The notes under the pieces are model-generated. The model made no database searches, was not told the origin of the DNA, and saw only the letters and a list, made by a program, of their open reading frames with translations. A stretch of DNA of 64,000 bases. It comes from Eledone cirrhosa. Taxonomy: Eukaryota. The stretch spans positions 75,268,001-75,332,000 of the forward strand of contig OZ024746.1 of the NCBI GenBank assembly GCA_964016885.1, given 5' to 3'. Positions 1 to 13,750 of this stretch are shown here, piece after piece. Made by a program: the position numbers and the translations under genes. The first letter of the stretch is position 1. Each line of letters opens with the position of its first letter.

Positions 1-97
1 CCTTGGTGGGGTTGCCAGTTTAGTCGCCAACGACCCGACCATGAGACAGGTTGTACTGGGATACATGTTACCAGCAGCACCAACTGGTGCTACTGGT
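1..97 (-). mobile_element. RTE-derived 610-bp element, 5' part (continues outside window)
   Basis: Reverse complement of ~9215-9305. Confidence 0.75.
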
Positions 98-150
98 TTA
101 TATATATATATGTGTTTATATAGATATATGTGTTTATATAGATATATGTG

Positions 151-208
<58 letters not shown>

Positions 209-869
209 GTACAACGCACACGTTTTTATGTTTTTATATGTATGTATGCATGTTTGTATGTTTGTATATATATATGTGTATGGTTCTTTCTCTCTATTTA
301 CACACACAAACACACACACTCACACACATTCAGCTATCAACATACTCGACCACACATTCACATACACATCTACTATGGGTGTATATACTAACACACCCAC
401 ATCAAACACCTCATACCAACACATTTACACCTGTGTTTCTACCCCGAACACGTCCACATAAAACACATGTCTATATACTCAACCGCATATACCATATAAA
501 TATACCCCTACATCATACCCTCATATACATATACCCCACCCTGAACATGGACATCCACCCCGTATACAGATACCCAATTTAGAGAAATGGCAGGTGAAAA
601 GTAAGACAAACCTCAAGAATTTCCTGTATCTAAGGAATATGAGTGCAGGTGCGATGGCCTCGGGTGTCGTCATTCACTCTGTAGCTTTCACTAAGATCAA
701 TGGACATAAGGGTGGATTAGTCATTACATATACATTGTTAGTTGATTTTCGGGTGGACTGTAAAACAATTCCATGCCAGGTGCGGTGTATGTAAGTAGAG
801 ATCTGTGACGGGTGGTCGGGTAGATGGGTGGATGGGTGGACGGGTGGACGGGTGGATGACTGACATGTC

Positions 870-968
870 AGTGTGAGTGTGTGTTTGTTTATCTGTGTGT
901 GTATATATATATATATATAAATATATATATGTAGGTGTGTGTGAGTGTGTGTGTGTGTTTGTTTATCA

Positions 969-1007
<39 letters not shown>

Positions 1008-1303
1008 GGTGTGTGAGTGTGTGTGTGTGTTTGTTTATCAGTGTGTGTATATATATATATATATATATGTAGGTGTGTATGAGTGTGTGTGTGTGTGTGT
1101 GTGTTTGTTTATCTGTGTATGTATATGTATATATATATATATATATGTAGGTGTGTGTGAGTGTGTGAGTGTGTGAGTGTGTGAGTGTGTGTGTGTTTAT
1201 CTGTGTGTGTATATATATATATATGTATGTAGGTGTGTGTGAGTGTGTGTGTGTGTGTGTGTTTATCTGTGTGTGTATATATATATATATAAATATATAT
1301 ATG

Positions 1304-1310
<7 letters not shown>
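870..1310. repeat. Compound minisatellite built from microsatellites
   Basis: (GT)n-TTTATC-(TG)n-(TA)n-GTAG unit of ~55-65 bp repeated about 7 times. Confidence 0.8.
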
Positions 1311-1401
<91 letters not shown>

Positions 1402-1761
1402 TGTGTGTGTACACGTGTGTGGAACTGTTTGCGGAAGTGAGCGTCATCTATACAGCAATAGGTGTGCGTGTGGATGTGCTATTAAACGAATGCATGTGCG
1501 CGCCGTATATATAGATATACATACGTATATATATATATATAATATATACATATATATATATATATATACATACATATATATATACATACATATATATATA
1601 TACATACATATATATATATATATAATATATACATATATATATATATATATACATACATATATATATATATACAAACATATATATATATATATACATACAT
1701 ATATATATATAATATATACATATATATATACATACATATATATATATACATATATATATAT

Positions 1762-1801
<40 letters not shown>

Positions 1802-1839
1802 ATATATATGTATGTATATATATATATATATGTATATAT

Positions 1840-2254
1840 AAGAACGAGGAAGTTTCGTTTACATGTATCATATTTTCATTGTGTTTCGACCTGTTACACG
1901 CGTTTCGCAGAGGATTGGCTCAGGGTCACCCATAAGTATTATGGACCTGACACTATTATCGATCTGCTCTTCAGACTGGCGATGTGACAAAAAGAAATCG
2001 TACATAAATTAAAAATACAAACACACACACACACACTTTATATATATATATATATATAAAGTGTGTGTGTGTGTGTTTGTATTTTTAATTTATGTACGAT
2101 TTCTTTTTGTCACAAGAGTCTGAAGAGCAGATCGATAATAGTGTCAGGTCCATAATACTTATGGGTGACCCTGAGCCAATCCTCTGCGAAACTCGTGTAA
2201 CAGGTCGATACACAATGAAAATATGATACATGTAAACGAAACTTCCTCGTTCTT
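1840..2254. repeat. ~415-bp near-perfect palindrome with a hammerhead-like motif in each arm
   Basis: Arms are reverse complements around a central (CA)n-(TA)n-(TG)n; CTGAAGA-GCAGA...TCTGC-GAAAC at 2120-2192. Confidence 0.85.
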
Positions 2255-2349
2255 TTAAAAATATATATATATATATCATATATATATATATCATATATAT
2301 ATATATATCATATATATATATATATCATTTAAAATATATATATATATCA

Positions 2350-2411
<62 letters not shown>

Positions 2412-2845
2412 AAAGTAAGTCCATAGAATCACTTGATAAAATATATACAGTATTTCTCCTCCCAATCAGCATAATTAACCACACAAAGAATCAATTACAC
2501 GAGGCTATAAGTTTAAAATGTACCTATGAAGAAACAGTAGATAAATAAATGATAGCTTTTTATCCGCGATTCACAGCCACAGAAGATTTACCCAGTATTT
2601 CTAATAGCCCGTAGAAATTGACTAGACACATAGCTAACCATACACAATTAGGTACAAAATCAAAGTTATATATTTTAACTTTAATTATATCTCGTAAAAT
2701 AATACAACTGGCTTTTCCACATAATACATATTGTTAGCACCCCAAACACTTAAATTGGGTTTATATTAAAATATAACCTAATGTTTGTTGAGTGAGATGG
2801 TTACCAGTCAGAGATTAGCTTTAAACTATCTCTGTTATTGTATTA

Positions 2846-2918
<73 letters not shown>

Positions 2919-2950
2919 AGAATATTTTCGAAACAGCGAGTGGGTTTGAA

Positions 2951-3187
2951 ATTATTAGAAATGTAAGCTATCGCCGTATTTTGACTAAAGAAATTAAAGA
3001 CATGATTTAGTCTGATAGTGGGGTTAAGAACCCTCGGAGAAATGGAAAAAGATGTGTATTGACGTCCCATGTACATCAATACTCATCTTTTTCCATTTCT
3101 CCGAGGGTTCTTAACCCCACTATCAGACTAAATCATTTCTTTAATTTCTTTAGTCAAAATACGGCGATAGCTTACATTTCTAATAAT
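2951..3187. repeat. Fold-back inverted repeat, ~110-bp arms, in (TA)n
   Basis: ATTATTAGAAATGTAAGCTATCGCC... / ...GGCGATAGCTTACATTTCTAATAAT. Confidence 0.85.
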
Positions 3188-3190
3188 ATA

Positions 3191-3283
<93 letters not shown>

Positions 3284-3386
3284 ATAATAATAAATTTGAA
3301 GACTAAAATCCAAAGAGAGCTCGATAAGGATAAATATATATCAAATATATAAGAACCGTAGAGCAAATATTTATTAAAATAACAGA

Positions 3387-3602
3387 TTAAAGTTTAAGCA
3401 AAGAATCGCTGCTTTCACCCTTAACGGGATCTTCTGAAACTAACAAAGTCAATCTGTAAACGCAGAACTGGATATTTCAAAAAACGTTGCAACCGGAGGA
3501 AACGTTTTTTGAAATATCCAGTTCTGCGTTTACAGATTGACTTTGTTAGTTTCAGAAGATCCTGTTAAGGGTGAAAGCAGCGATTCTTTGCTTAAACTTT
3601 AA
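3387..3602. repeat. Fold-back inverted repeat, ~100-bp arms, degenerate hammerhead-like core
   Basis: TTAAAGTTTAAGCAAAGAATCGC... / ...GCGATTCTTTGCTTAAACTTTAA; CAGAAGA-TCC..GGGT-GAAA in right arm. Confidence 0.8.
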
Positions 3603-4102
3603 AAGAATTTAATTGTTTCTACTTTTGGCACAAGGCTAGCAATTATCCCAGAGCATTACTGGTACTTTATTTGATCGATCCCCCGTAAGGATGAAAGGCA
3701 AAGTTAACCTCGGCGGGATTTGAACTCAGACCATAAAGGGCCGTAACTCTTTGCTGCAAAGCGGTGGTGAGTAAGGGACGGAATCGATTAAATCGAACCG
3801 CAGTACTTGACTAATATTTTTAATATATTGGGCCTGAAAGAATGAAAGTCAAGGTTGACCACGGTTGTGTTAATTAAGTATTGCTCCGTCAATTGTGCTA
3901 ATGCATAGTGGTGGTGGTGGTGGTGGTGGTGGTGGTGGTGGTGGTGGTGGTGGTGGTGTGGTGGGGGTGCGGTAGGTGGAATGGTTGATGTTGATGAGGG
4001 TGTTGACAGTGTGGTTAATGTTGCTGTTCTGATGTTCTTGCATGGTGTAAAGAAGTGTAGGCACGTTACAAAACTCAATAGCTGTGCATTTGTTGTTTAC
4101 GA

Positions 4103-4169
<67 letters not shown>

Positions 4170-4184
4170 CGATGATGATGACGC

Positions 4185-4217
<33 letters not shown>

Positions 4218-4232
4218 CGATGATGATGACGC

Positions 4233-4280
<48 letters not shown>

Positions 4281-6604
4281 CGGTGATGATGATGATGATG
4301 ATGATGGTGATATAATAGCTGTTGTTGTTAAGGATGCTGGTTAATTTGTTGCTGCTTTATTGTTATTACTATTATTTAACGTATCGTTTTCCTATTTTTA
4401 AATGTGGAGTTTCTCAGTTATACGATGTTAACATTGCTTTACTCCGGTTATGTACGCTGTTGTAAATCCTGCCATTAACCGTTCAATCTGCCAACTAGTT
4501 ATTTCCATTTCAAATGATATTTCGACAAATCTGTGGTTTCCTCTTTTCCGTATACCTTATAGTTGCCCTGAGACCGAAGAAACCGATTTTCACGGGGCTT
4601 TCTTACATACAGATATAGCCTTTTTGATTTATTCTTATTATAGCGTTGTATATATATTCCAGCTGTCAGCTCTCTGAGTTCAAATGACGCTGAGGTTCGC
4701 TTTGCTTTTCATTGTTTCAGAGTCGGTAAAAAAATGTACCAATACAGTGCTGGTACAGCTCTCTCACCCTCCAACTGGCACACTTTGTATGTTTCACTGG
4801 ATCACGGGTGGAAAGGTCGAAAGAGCATCTGTCTGCTCACGATTCAATGAACACTTTAGTGAGAGCATAGTACATACCACTAAGTCATTTTCTATTGCGC
4901 GTAATAATAATTGTTTCTACTTTTGGCACAAGGCCAGCAATTATCCCAGTGCATTACTGGTACTTTATTTTATCGACCCCGCAAGGATGAAAGGCAAAGT
5001 TAACCTCGGCGGGATTTGAACTCAGATCATAAAGGGAGGTAACCCTATGCTTCAAAGCATGGCGTCCGACCCTTACCGATACTGCCAATCCAGTGGTGAT
5101 TGTGCTGGTGTGCCGGTGATAGTGGTAAGGGAGTAAGTAAATGGGAGTATTGTAGCGGTTGAGGTCAAATATTTCGTCATATTTATTGCCCTGGCTCAGG
5201 CATGATCAAACTGACCTATAATCAAAGTCATTTCTGCCGTGACCATTCTAACCATTTGCTGTGTGTCTAAGATCCCATTAAGCAATGTTTACTTTTCTAA
5301 GACAATGGGTGTGATTTAAGGGAAATTTGGCTGTTATTTCTAGCAGATCATGCATAGAAAATCCGTTAATGACTCGTAGTGGTTGTAAACATTTCAGAAA
5401 GTATTGGCGGTGATAGATCCATCGTTAGTTTCGAAGACGTCCATTCATTTATTCCATCAAGCGAATGCCACACTGGGTATACCAGAGAAACAGGTAGAAT
5501 CAGTGGTACACAATATAAGGCCAGAATGGACTTAGGACCACAGGTGTTATCTACCAGAAGTTTTCTGTCATTTCCGGTTACTCAATGTCATACACAAGGC
5601 TTGAGTCGACCGGAAGCCACAGTAAATGACACGTGACAGATGCTACGCAATTGGATTGAACTCAGGGCATTGAAGCCGTGAGCGAATTTCTAACTACACG
5701 GCCATGCTTGCTTCATAAAATGGTGGTGGTGGTGGTGGTGGTGGTGGTGGTAGTGGTGGTGGTAGTGGTGGTGGTGGTGGTGGTGGTGGTGGTGGTGGTG
5801 GTGGTGGTGGTGGTGGTGGTGGTGGTGGTGGTGGTGGTGGTGGTGATGGTAGTGGGGGATTGTGGTGGTGTTGGTGATGAGGCTTCTGGGCCGGTGGTGT
5901 GGGTGTGTGGGGGAAGAGCCTTCTACTCCGTACATACGAGGGAGGAAGGAAAAGAGGGTAAAAGAGAGAGAGAGTGGGATAGAGATGTGTATTATGTGTG
6001 TATGTGTTTAAAGTGCTGTGAGGAGAAGGAGGAGGAGGAGGTGGAGAAGAAGAAGAAGAAGGCGATGACGATGGGTTGAGGAAGAGGAAGCTAAGATAAG
6101 AGATATGAAAGGGTGTAGGAGGCGTGCTGGATCTGACACTTCTCAACACCACCACCATGACCTCACAATCGCCACCACCACCGCCGCCGCCGCCGCAACC
6201 GCCACTACATCCACCACCACCACTACCACCAACACCACCACCACCACCACCACTGCCACCACCACCACCACCACCACCGCATTACCGTCACCTCCACCGG
6301 CACCACAACCACAATCACCAGGATCGCCACCACCACCATTACACCAGTATGTCAGCCGCCATATTCCCCTATTGTACAACGCTGTTGTTTTAGGCGTGTC
6401 GAAGGTCAGGGTGGTGTTATGTGGCTGATAACTATAATGAGTCACTAACTACATACATACACAAACATGTAGATATATATATATATATATATATATACGT
6501 ACACATACACATACACATATACACATATGCAGACATGGTACATACACACACACGCTGGCCCACGCTCTGTCACATTAACACATGGACGCACACACATAAA
6601 TAAG

Positions 6605-6649
<45 letters not shown>

Positions 6650-6690
6650 GGGAGGGGGGAGTATAGATCTCTCCTTACTTTCACCCTCTT

Positions 6691-6727
<37 letters not shown>

Positions 6728-6730
6728 AAC

Positions 6731-6802
<72 letters not shown>

Positions 6803-7306
6803 GTGTATGTATGTGTTTGTGTGTGTATGTATGTGTTTGTGTGTGTGTGTGTACATACATAGATAGATACATACATACATATGCATATAATCCTTTTGCC
6901 AGTTAGACGAATACATATATACATACACACACATACCCAAGTTACGTAAATAGCATCATCAAAGCTCTTTTGTAGTTATTTTTATACATAAAAGCATACT
7001 TTCTACATATAGTTTTCCATGCCTGTCCACACACACACACACATACAACACACATACACACGTCTGTGTGTTGTGTCTGAGTGTGTGTATGTGTGTTGTG
7101 TGTGTAAGCATGAGTGTATCTGTGTGTTTGTGGGTTTACTTCTGTATATGCAAATTATATAGGAATTTGTACGATATATTTACAGTATGCACGCGTGTGT
7201 ATTATGTATGTGTGTGTATGTGTGTGTATGTGTGTATGTATGTGTGTTTGTGTGTGTGTGTGTATTTGTGTGTGTGTGTACATACATAGATAGATGTACA
7301 TACATA

Positions 7307-7707
7307 GAGAGATGACCCCTTAGCCTTTGTCAAGGCAGAATTCTAGGAGAAGGAAAACTCTGATATAACACCTGCAACCCTGATGGTATCCAATGATGTT
7401 GACTTGTTCTTCTTTTTGGTAAATATCATCTTGGTTGAGAGAGTGGGACTGGCTTTGTGCAGTGCCTTTCCTCACTATAAAAGCTTCACGGCACAGGCAT
7501 TGCTTTATATCTGGAGATCCCTCTGCACTTGTCGTCACATGGTACCATGGGCCCAGCACTATGTGTCAGTAATTGTCACAAGTGTAGTGTTTGTACCAGA
7601 GTCGCTGGCTGGACTAAAAAGCCACACTCGTTCAGCGCATCGGTAGGGGTTCTCCTACATGGATATAAAGTAGTGGCCGTACCCGAAACCGAGTTGGCAG
7701 CCACCAT
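7307..7707 (+). mobile_element. RTE-derived element, 5'-truncated
   Basis: Matches 9410-9818. Confidence 0.8.
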
Positions 7708-7723
7708 TATGTATGTATGTATG

Positions 7724-9107
7724 TTCTTCTGGTTTTAAAAATTCACACACTTTTACCAGTAAAGAGAGGGCCGGTTTCTAAAATAGATACAAGACTCTCT
7801 CATTGGAATTTACACAATGTCAACTAGATAAATATGTATTCATGTCGCCATGCATGCATGTGTGTGCAAGTATGGATGTCAATGTATGTGTGAATGTGTA
7901 TGTTTTGAGTTATATGTGTGCATGTGTATATGCTTTGTATTTGTACATGTGTATATGCAGTTATTAGATGCAGAATTTTTGGAATGTTTTACATATTTTC
8001 ATTAATAGATTGTACTTGTAATTTCCTAACTAGTTGTGTTCTTTCTGTTCCTGTGAAGCCTAGCTTCTAAAGATTTGTATTGAGGCAGTTACTGACATAT
8101 CCCAGTGCCCCCAATAATCACAGGTATAAATCTGAAGGTATAGTTAGGGTGGAGTATCTGCAGATTTCTCATTAGTTCTGCTTAGATATTCTCCTTTTCG
8201 CTAATCTTTTATATTATATTGGCATCTGCTGGGCAGCTAACTTCCACTACTGTGCATGTCTTCTTTTCCATGTCCCATATCATTATATCTGGTCTGTTGT
8301 GCCTGCATTTTATTGGGGTTTTTACTGGAACATTCCACCAGTACTCTTTCATATTATGTATATGTATGTGTTCCACATTGCTGCAGTTTTTAATGTGTTT
8401 ATTGTCGGGGCTACCTTTTCTACGGATTGCATTGTACAGTGTTTTCGTCACTACATCATGCCTCATAGGTAGATAGTACCGTGATGACATCTTTGGACAG
8501 CTGCTTATGACATGGGTGACATCTTTGATGTTAATTCTGCAGAGTCTGTACTTGTTGTCACATCTAAGTGTTTTGCCTGCATCCCTACCTCTTTTGTGAA
8601 TCAGATATTTTGTGTTCATTTCCTGTTCTTGGATTGCAAAAGCATATCCTTCAAAGTGTGAGTCAATATAGCGGTTGTTATCCCAAGATAGACTAGATTG
8701 CTTTACTCTCACTCTGGAGCTTCCTGGCAACATACTCATGCATGATTTTTTGCTCATAAGCATGCAGCTGTTCATCCATGGATTCGCTGCGGTACTGCTG
8801 AGCAACTTCCCTGGATGTGAGTTTTTCATTATCACACAGGGAGTATCTTTTGAGGAGTTCCTTCCCAACTCTCATGATCTCATCTGCCTCAAGCAGATAG
8901 ACCTGCTCAATAGATGGGTTTCCTAAGTTTGGAGGTTCGTAAATGTTGTCGGAGGAATATAATGCGACACTCAAATGCTGTCTGGACCGATGTTAAGCTT
9001 CTACCTCCCTGCTTACGTATCACTGTTGATGTGGAAGTATCCGGTGTTGTTTTGAATTTTTCGAGCTTTAGCATCAATTGCTTGGCATTCGTCTATTGTC
9101 CACTCGA
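7724..9107 (-). mobile_element. 5'-truncated non-LTR retrotransposon with restriction-like endonuclease (R4/Dong/NeSL-type), degenerate
   Basis: CCHC-like knuckle (YRLC...HVISSC), RHD, RPDIMIWD, VEVSCP motifs in ORF 8209-8868; 3' UTR ends in AAAACCAGAAGAA followed by (CATA)n. Confidence 0.82.
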
Positions 9108-9208
9108 GTATGTATGTATGTATGTATGTATGTATGTATGTATGTTTGTATGTTTGTATGTATGTATGTATGTATGTATGTATGTATGTATGTATGTATG
9201 TATGTATG

Positions 9209-9818
9209 GTCAGGTCACCAGTTGGTGCTACTGGTAACATGTATCCCAGTACAACCTATCTCATGGTCGGGTCGTTGGCGACTAAACTGGCAACCCCACC
9301 AAGGTTTCTTAGTGAGGAGGGTGACTTTGGACATCCTGCAGGATTAAAAACAAAACCTGTCAAATGGCAAAGGAGCTCTTAATAGTCAATTGCCATCGAA
9401 AATCACCGGGAGAGATGACCCCTTAGCCTTTGTCAAGGCAAAATTCTAGGAGAAGGAAAACTCTGATATAACACCTGCAACCCTGATGGTATCCAATGAT
9501 GTTGACTTGTTCTTCTTTTTGGTAAATATCATCTTGGTTAAGAGAGTGGGACTGGCTTTGTGCAGTGCATTTGCTCACTATAAAAGCTTCACGGCACAGG
9601 CATTGCTTTATATCTGGAGATCTCTCTGCACTTGTCATCAGATGGTACCATGGGTCCAGCACTATGTGTCAATAATTGTCACAAGTGTAGTGTTTGTACC
9701 AGAGTTTTCAAGTTGCTGGCTGGACTAAAAAGTCACACTTGTTCAGCCCATCGGTAGGGGTTCTCCTACATGGATATAAAGTAGTGGCCGTACTCGAAAA
9801 CGAGTTGGCAGCCACCAT
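9209..9818 (+). mobile_element. ~610-bp non-autonomous RTE-derived (bipartite) retroelement, full length
   Basis: Near-identical dispersed copies; 3' part retains a C2H2 remnant ([22 protein letters not shown] in other copies) like RTE ORF ends; 3' hairpin ACTCG-AAAA-CGAGT; (GTAT)n flanks. Confidence 0.75.
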
Positions 9819-10239
9819 GTATGTATATACATGTATGTATGTAGGAATGTGTTTATGTTTTTTCTTCCAGTTTGGAGCATTAGAGGTTATTTTGGTCAGT
9901 CGGGGGCTCAGCGACAAATTTATAAGGAAAATATGTTTAAATAGAAAGAAGGGTCGAGTACTTATCGATATCCTGTCCAACCTATAAATATAGGTGGGAT
10001 TTGAACTCATAATGTACAGATATTTAAAACATACCACCAGTCACTTTATCAATTCTCCCAATTCGGTACCTCTTATATCGTACTTTCTTTATCAACCCCG
10101 AAAAGAGGAGAAGCAAAGATGATCTCGGTGAAATTTGAAACCAACGTACTAAGATACAAAACAAATGCTGCAAAGCATTTAATAAAGCATTTAATCCGAG
10201 GCTCAAATGTCTTTGCAAATGTATTTGCGATTTGCAGCT

Positions 10240-10430
10240 AACGACACTTGCAGGCTCGATGCTGTCACCCTCGATGAAGTCACAGCCATCCTGAAGAAGC
10301 TCAACAACCGCAAAGCCCCTGGAATCTGCACTAGCACCACAGAGATCTTGAAGGCGGGAGATGATATCATGATCCAGTGGCTCACCCTCATCATCATGCC
10401 AAATGACTGGACCCGGGGCATCACCCTCCA
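10240..10430 (+). pseudogene. LINE RT N-terminal fragment
   Basis: VTLDEV..ILKKLNNRKAPG....EILK....P.DW..G motif. Confidence 0.65.
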
Positions 10431-10728
10431 CTCTATCCCAAATTTGTCAGCTCCTTCATTTACCTGGACTCGACAGTCACCAACAAATGAGACCTGACCC
10501 CGGAGATCAACCACAGATGTAGTCTGGCCACCGACATTATGTACTCTCCTCTAACGTCACAGCTCTATCTCCCGGAGACAACCTAGAAAAATTACCGATT
10601 TTCCACCCCCCAACCCCCGCTTATTCCCACCTTCCCTATAATTTGTGACCCAAGAGTGTATGAAATGAATAGGCCCTACCTCCATAGACAAGAAAATATT
10701 CCTTTTCCCTCTTGTCGAATCCATGGAG

Positions 10729-11804
10729 TGTTTTGTTGAGGGTGCGATGAGAGCCCTCTTATTTTTGTCCCTTTATATAGCCGAATCCAGAGAGACAGGA
10801 GAGAAATCAACAGAAAAATGTTTTGTTGAGGGTGCGATGAGAGCCCTCTTATTTGTGTCCCTTTATATAGCCGAATCCAGAGAGACAGGAGAGAAATCAA
10901 CAGAAAAATGTTTTGTTGAGGGTGCGATGAGAGCCCTCTTATTTTTGTCCCTCTATATAGCCGAATCCAGAGAGACAGGAGAGAAATCAACAGAAAAATG
11001 TTTTGTTGAGGGTGCGATGAGAGCCCTCTTATTTGTGTCCCTTTATATAGCCGAATCCAGAGAGACAGGAGAGAAATCAACAGAAAAATGTTTTGTTGAG
11101 GGTGCGATGAGAGCCCTCTTAGTTGTGTCCCTTTATATAGCCGAATCCAGAGAGACAGGAGAGAAATCAACAGCAAAATGTTTTGTTGAGGGTGCGATGA
11201 GAGCCCTCTTATTTTTGTCCCTTTATATAGCCGAATCCAGAGAGACAGGAGAGAAATCAACAGAAAAATGTTTTGTTGAGGGTGCGATGAGAGCCCTCTT
11301 ATTTGTGTCCCTTTATATAGCCGAATCCAGAGAGACAGGAGAGAAATCAACAGAAAAATGTTTTGTTGAGGGTGCGATGAGAGCCCTCCTATTTGTGTCC
11401 CTTTATATAGCCGAATCCAGAGAGACAGGAGAGAAATCAACAGAAAAATGTTTTGTTGAGGGTGCGATGAGAGCCCTTTTATTTTTGTCCCTTTATATAG
11501 CCGAATCCAGAGAGACAGGAGAGAAATCGACAGAAAAGTGTTTTGTTGAGGGTGCGATGAGAGCCCTTTTATTTTTGTCCCTTTATATAGCCGAATCCAG
11601 AGAGACAGGAGAGAAATCGACAGAAAAGTGTTTTGTTGAGGGTGCGATGAGAGCCCTTTTATTTTTGTCCCTTTATATAGCCGAATCCAGAGAGACAGGA
11701 GAGAAATCGACAGAAAAGTGTTTTGTTGAGGGTGCGATGAGAGCCCTCTTATTTTTGTCCCTTTATATAGCCGAATCCAGAGAGACAGGAGAGAAATCAA
11801 CAGA
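10729..11804. repeat. 90-bp minisatellite, 12 highly similar units
   Basis: Unit TGTTTTGTTGAGGGTGCGATGAGAGCCCTCTTATTT(T/G)TGTCCCTTTATATAGCCGAATCCAGAGAGACAGGAGAGAAATCAACAGAAAAA. Confidence 0.95.
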
Positions 11805-12163
11805 CATGTTTGTCTGGTACTTCATTCATCGTCTCTGAAAGGATGAAAGGTAAAGTTTGTCTCGGCGGGATTGAAACTCAGAAAGCCGGTTTCTGAATAT
11901 GTGTTAAATATAAACACTTCTGACAAAACCATTGGTAATGCACGAATAAGGCAACTTGTTGATACAAATTTTCTCAATTTCAACATTATATGTTGATTAA
12001 TAATACTATTTGTACTCAATACACATACACACATACACACATACATACATACATACATACATACATACATACATACAAAGATACATACATAACATGTATG
12101 TAGGTATGTGTATGGTAAGTACAAACGTTCACTTATCCGGTTAAGTGTATGCGTATATATATA

Positions 12164-12219
<56 letters not shown>

Positions 12220-12223
12220 CATA

Positions 12224-12383
<160 letters not shown>

Positions 12384-12551
12384 CTTATATATATATACTT
12401 ATATATATATACATATATATATATATGTGTGTGTGTGTCTGTGTGTCTAGCATAGATACGTACAAACATACATAGTCATACACACGCACGCACAAGTGTA
12501 TAAGCCTGTGTACCTGTCTTTTGTTACCCTCCTAACCACAGCCCCATCTCA

Positions 12552-12649
<98 letters not shown>

Positions 12650-13258
12650 TCTCTCTCTCTCTCACTCTCTCGTCTCCACTAAATACCTCAACCTCCTCTC
12701 TGTACCTCTCCCTCTCACCATGAAACCGATAGCCGGAACTTTATACATGAGGTACAGGTAGTCCTAACACCGCCTCCCTTTTACCCCGTCTCACATCCAG
12801 GTATCAATGTTGGGAATGGATACTCTCCGCACCCGCTTTGTTTTGGTGTTTATGGGGTTGACTTTAATTCAGTGAAAACGGTGTCAGATTACATGTGGAG
12901 AGTAGAGGCCGGTGGCGGTGAGTGAGTTAGTAACTTGATCGGGGAATTATTTAAAACTGATCCAGGGCGTACCGGAGGGGTGACATATAAATGAGTAATA
13001 TGTGTGTGTGTGTATGCGCATATGTGTGTCCATGTGCTTGTGTGTTACGTGTGTGTAATTTGTGTTTGTATTTGTGTTTGTATGTGTGCGTGTGGGGAGA
13101 GAGAGACACATAGAAAGAGAATGACAGCCGAGAGTGATAGACATAGATAGATATATAGAGACATTTACACGCACACTGACAAAGACACACACACACTCTC
13201 ACACAGACAGATACACACACACACACTCTCACAGATACTTGCATAAATGCATCCACAG

Positions 13259-13293
<35 letters not shown>

Positions 13294-13340
13294 CGTGTGT
13301 GTATGTATGTGTGTGTGTACGTATATACGTATGTATATAC

Positions 13341-13414
<74 letters not shown>

Positions 13415-13418
<4 letters not shown>

Positions 13419-13605
13419 AGGACCCCGACGGCTGAGCTCCGGCCGTTTCGACAGCTAGATCCGAACTGTTCAGATCTAGTTGACGAAACGGCCGGAGCTC
13501 AGTCATCAGGGTCCTGACTCTTTTCCTATTACCCACTCTACTACCCTAAGTATCGAGTACTCTGGCGCGTTATGGTCCATCTGGTATCTTACGACACCTT
13601 CTTTG
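13415..13605 (+). mobile_element. Fold-back mini-element with the 3' half of a hammerhead (second copy 63121-63308)
   Basis: ~50-bp hairpin arms plus a shared ~90-bp tail (CTTTTCCTATTACC.ACTCTACTACCCTAAGTAT.GAGTAC); GAAACGGC...GCCGTC stem III; (TA)n flanks. Confidence 0.7.
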
Positions 13606-13644
<39 letters not shown>

Positions 13645-13750
13645 GGAATGAAAAATGGCGTACTGTGTTGTTGCGAATGTGATACATATGAAATAAAAAT
13701 TATAAAGAGTCAGTGATCTAATAGCCATCATAGGTATTTCTTCAGATTAA

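Noticed and set aside
4084-4344. Poly-Asp ORF resembling acidic shell proteins
   Set aside because: Pure (GAT)n microsatellite
10676-11838. 371- and 374-aa ORFs on both strands, or a CRISPR-like array
   Set aside because: A 90-bp unit divisible by 3 explains the open frames; there are no unique spacers and no cas genes, and the context is eukaryotic
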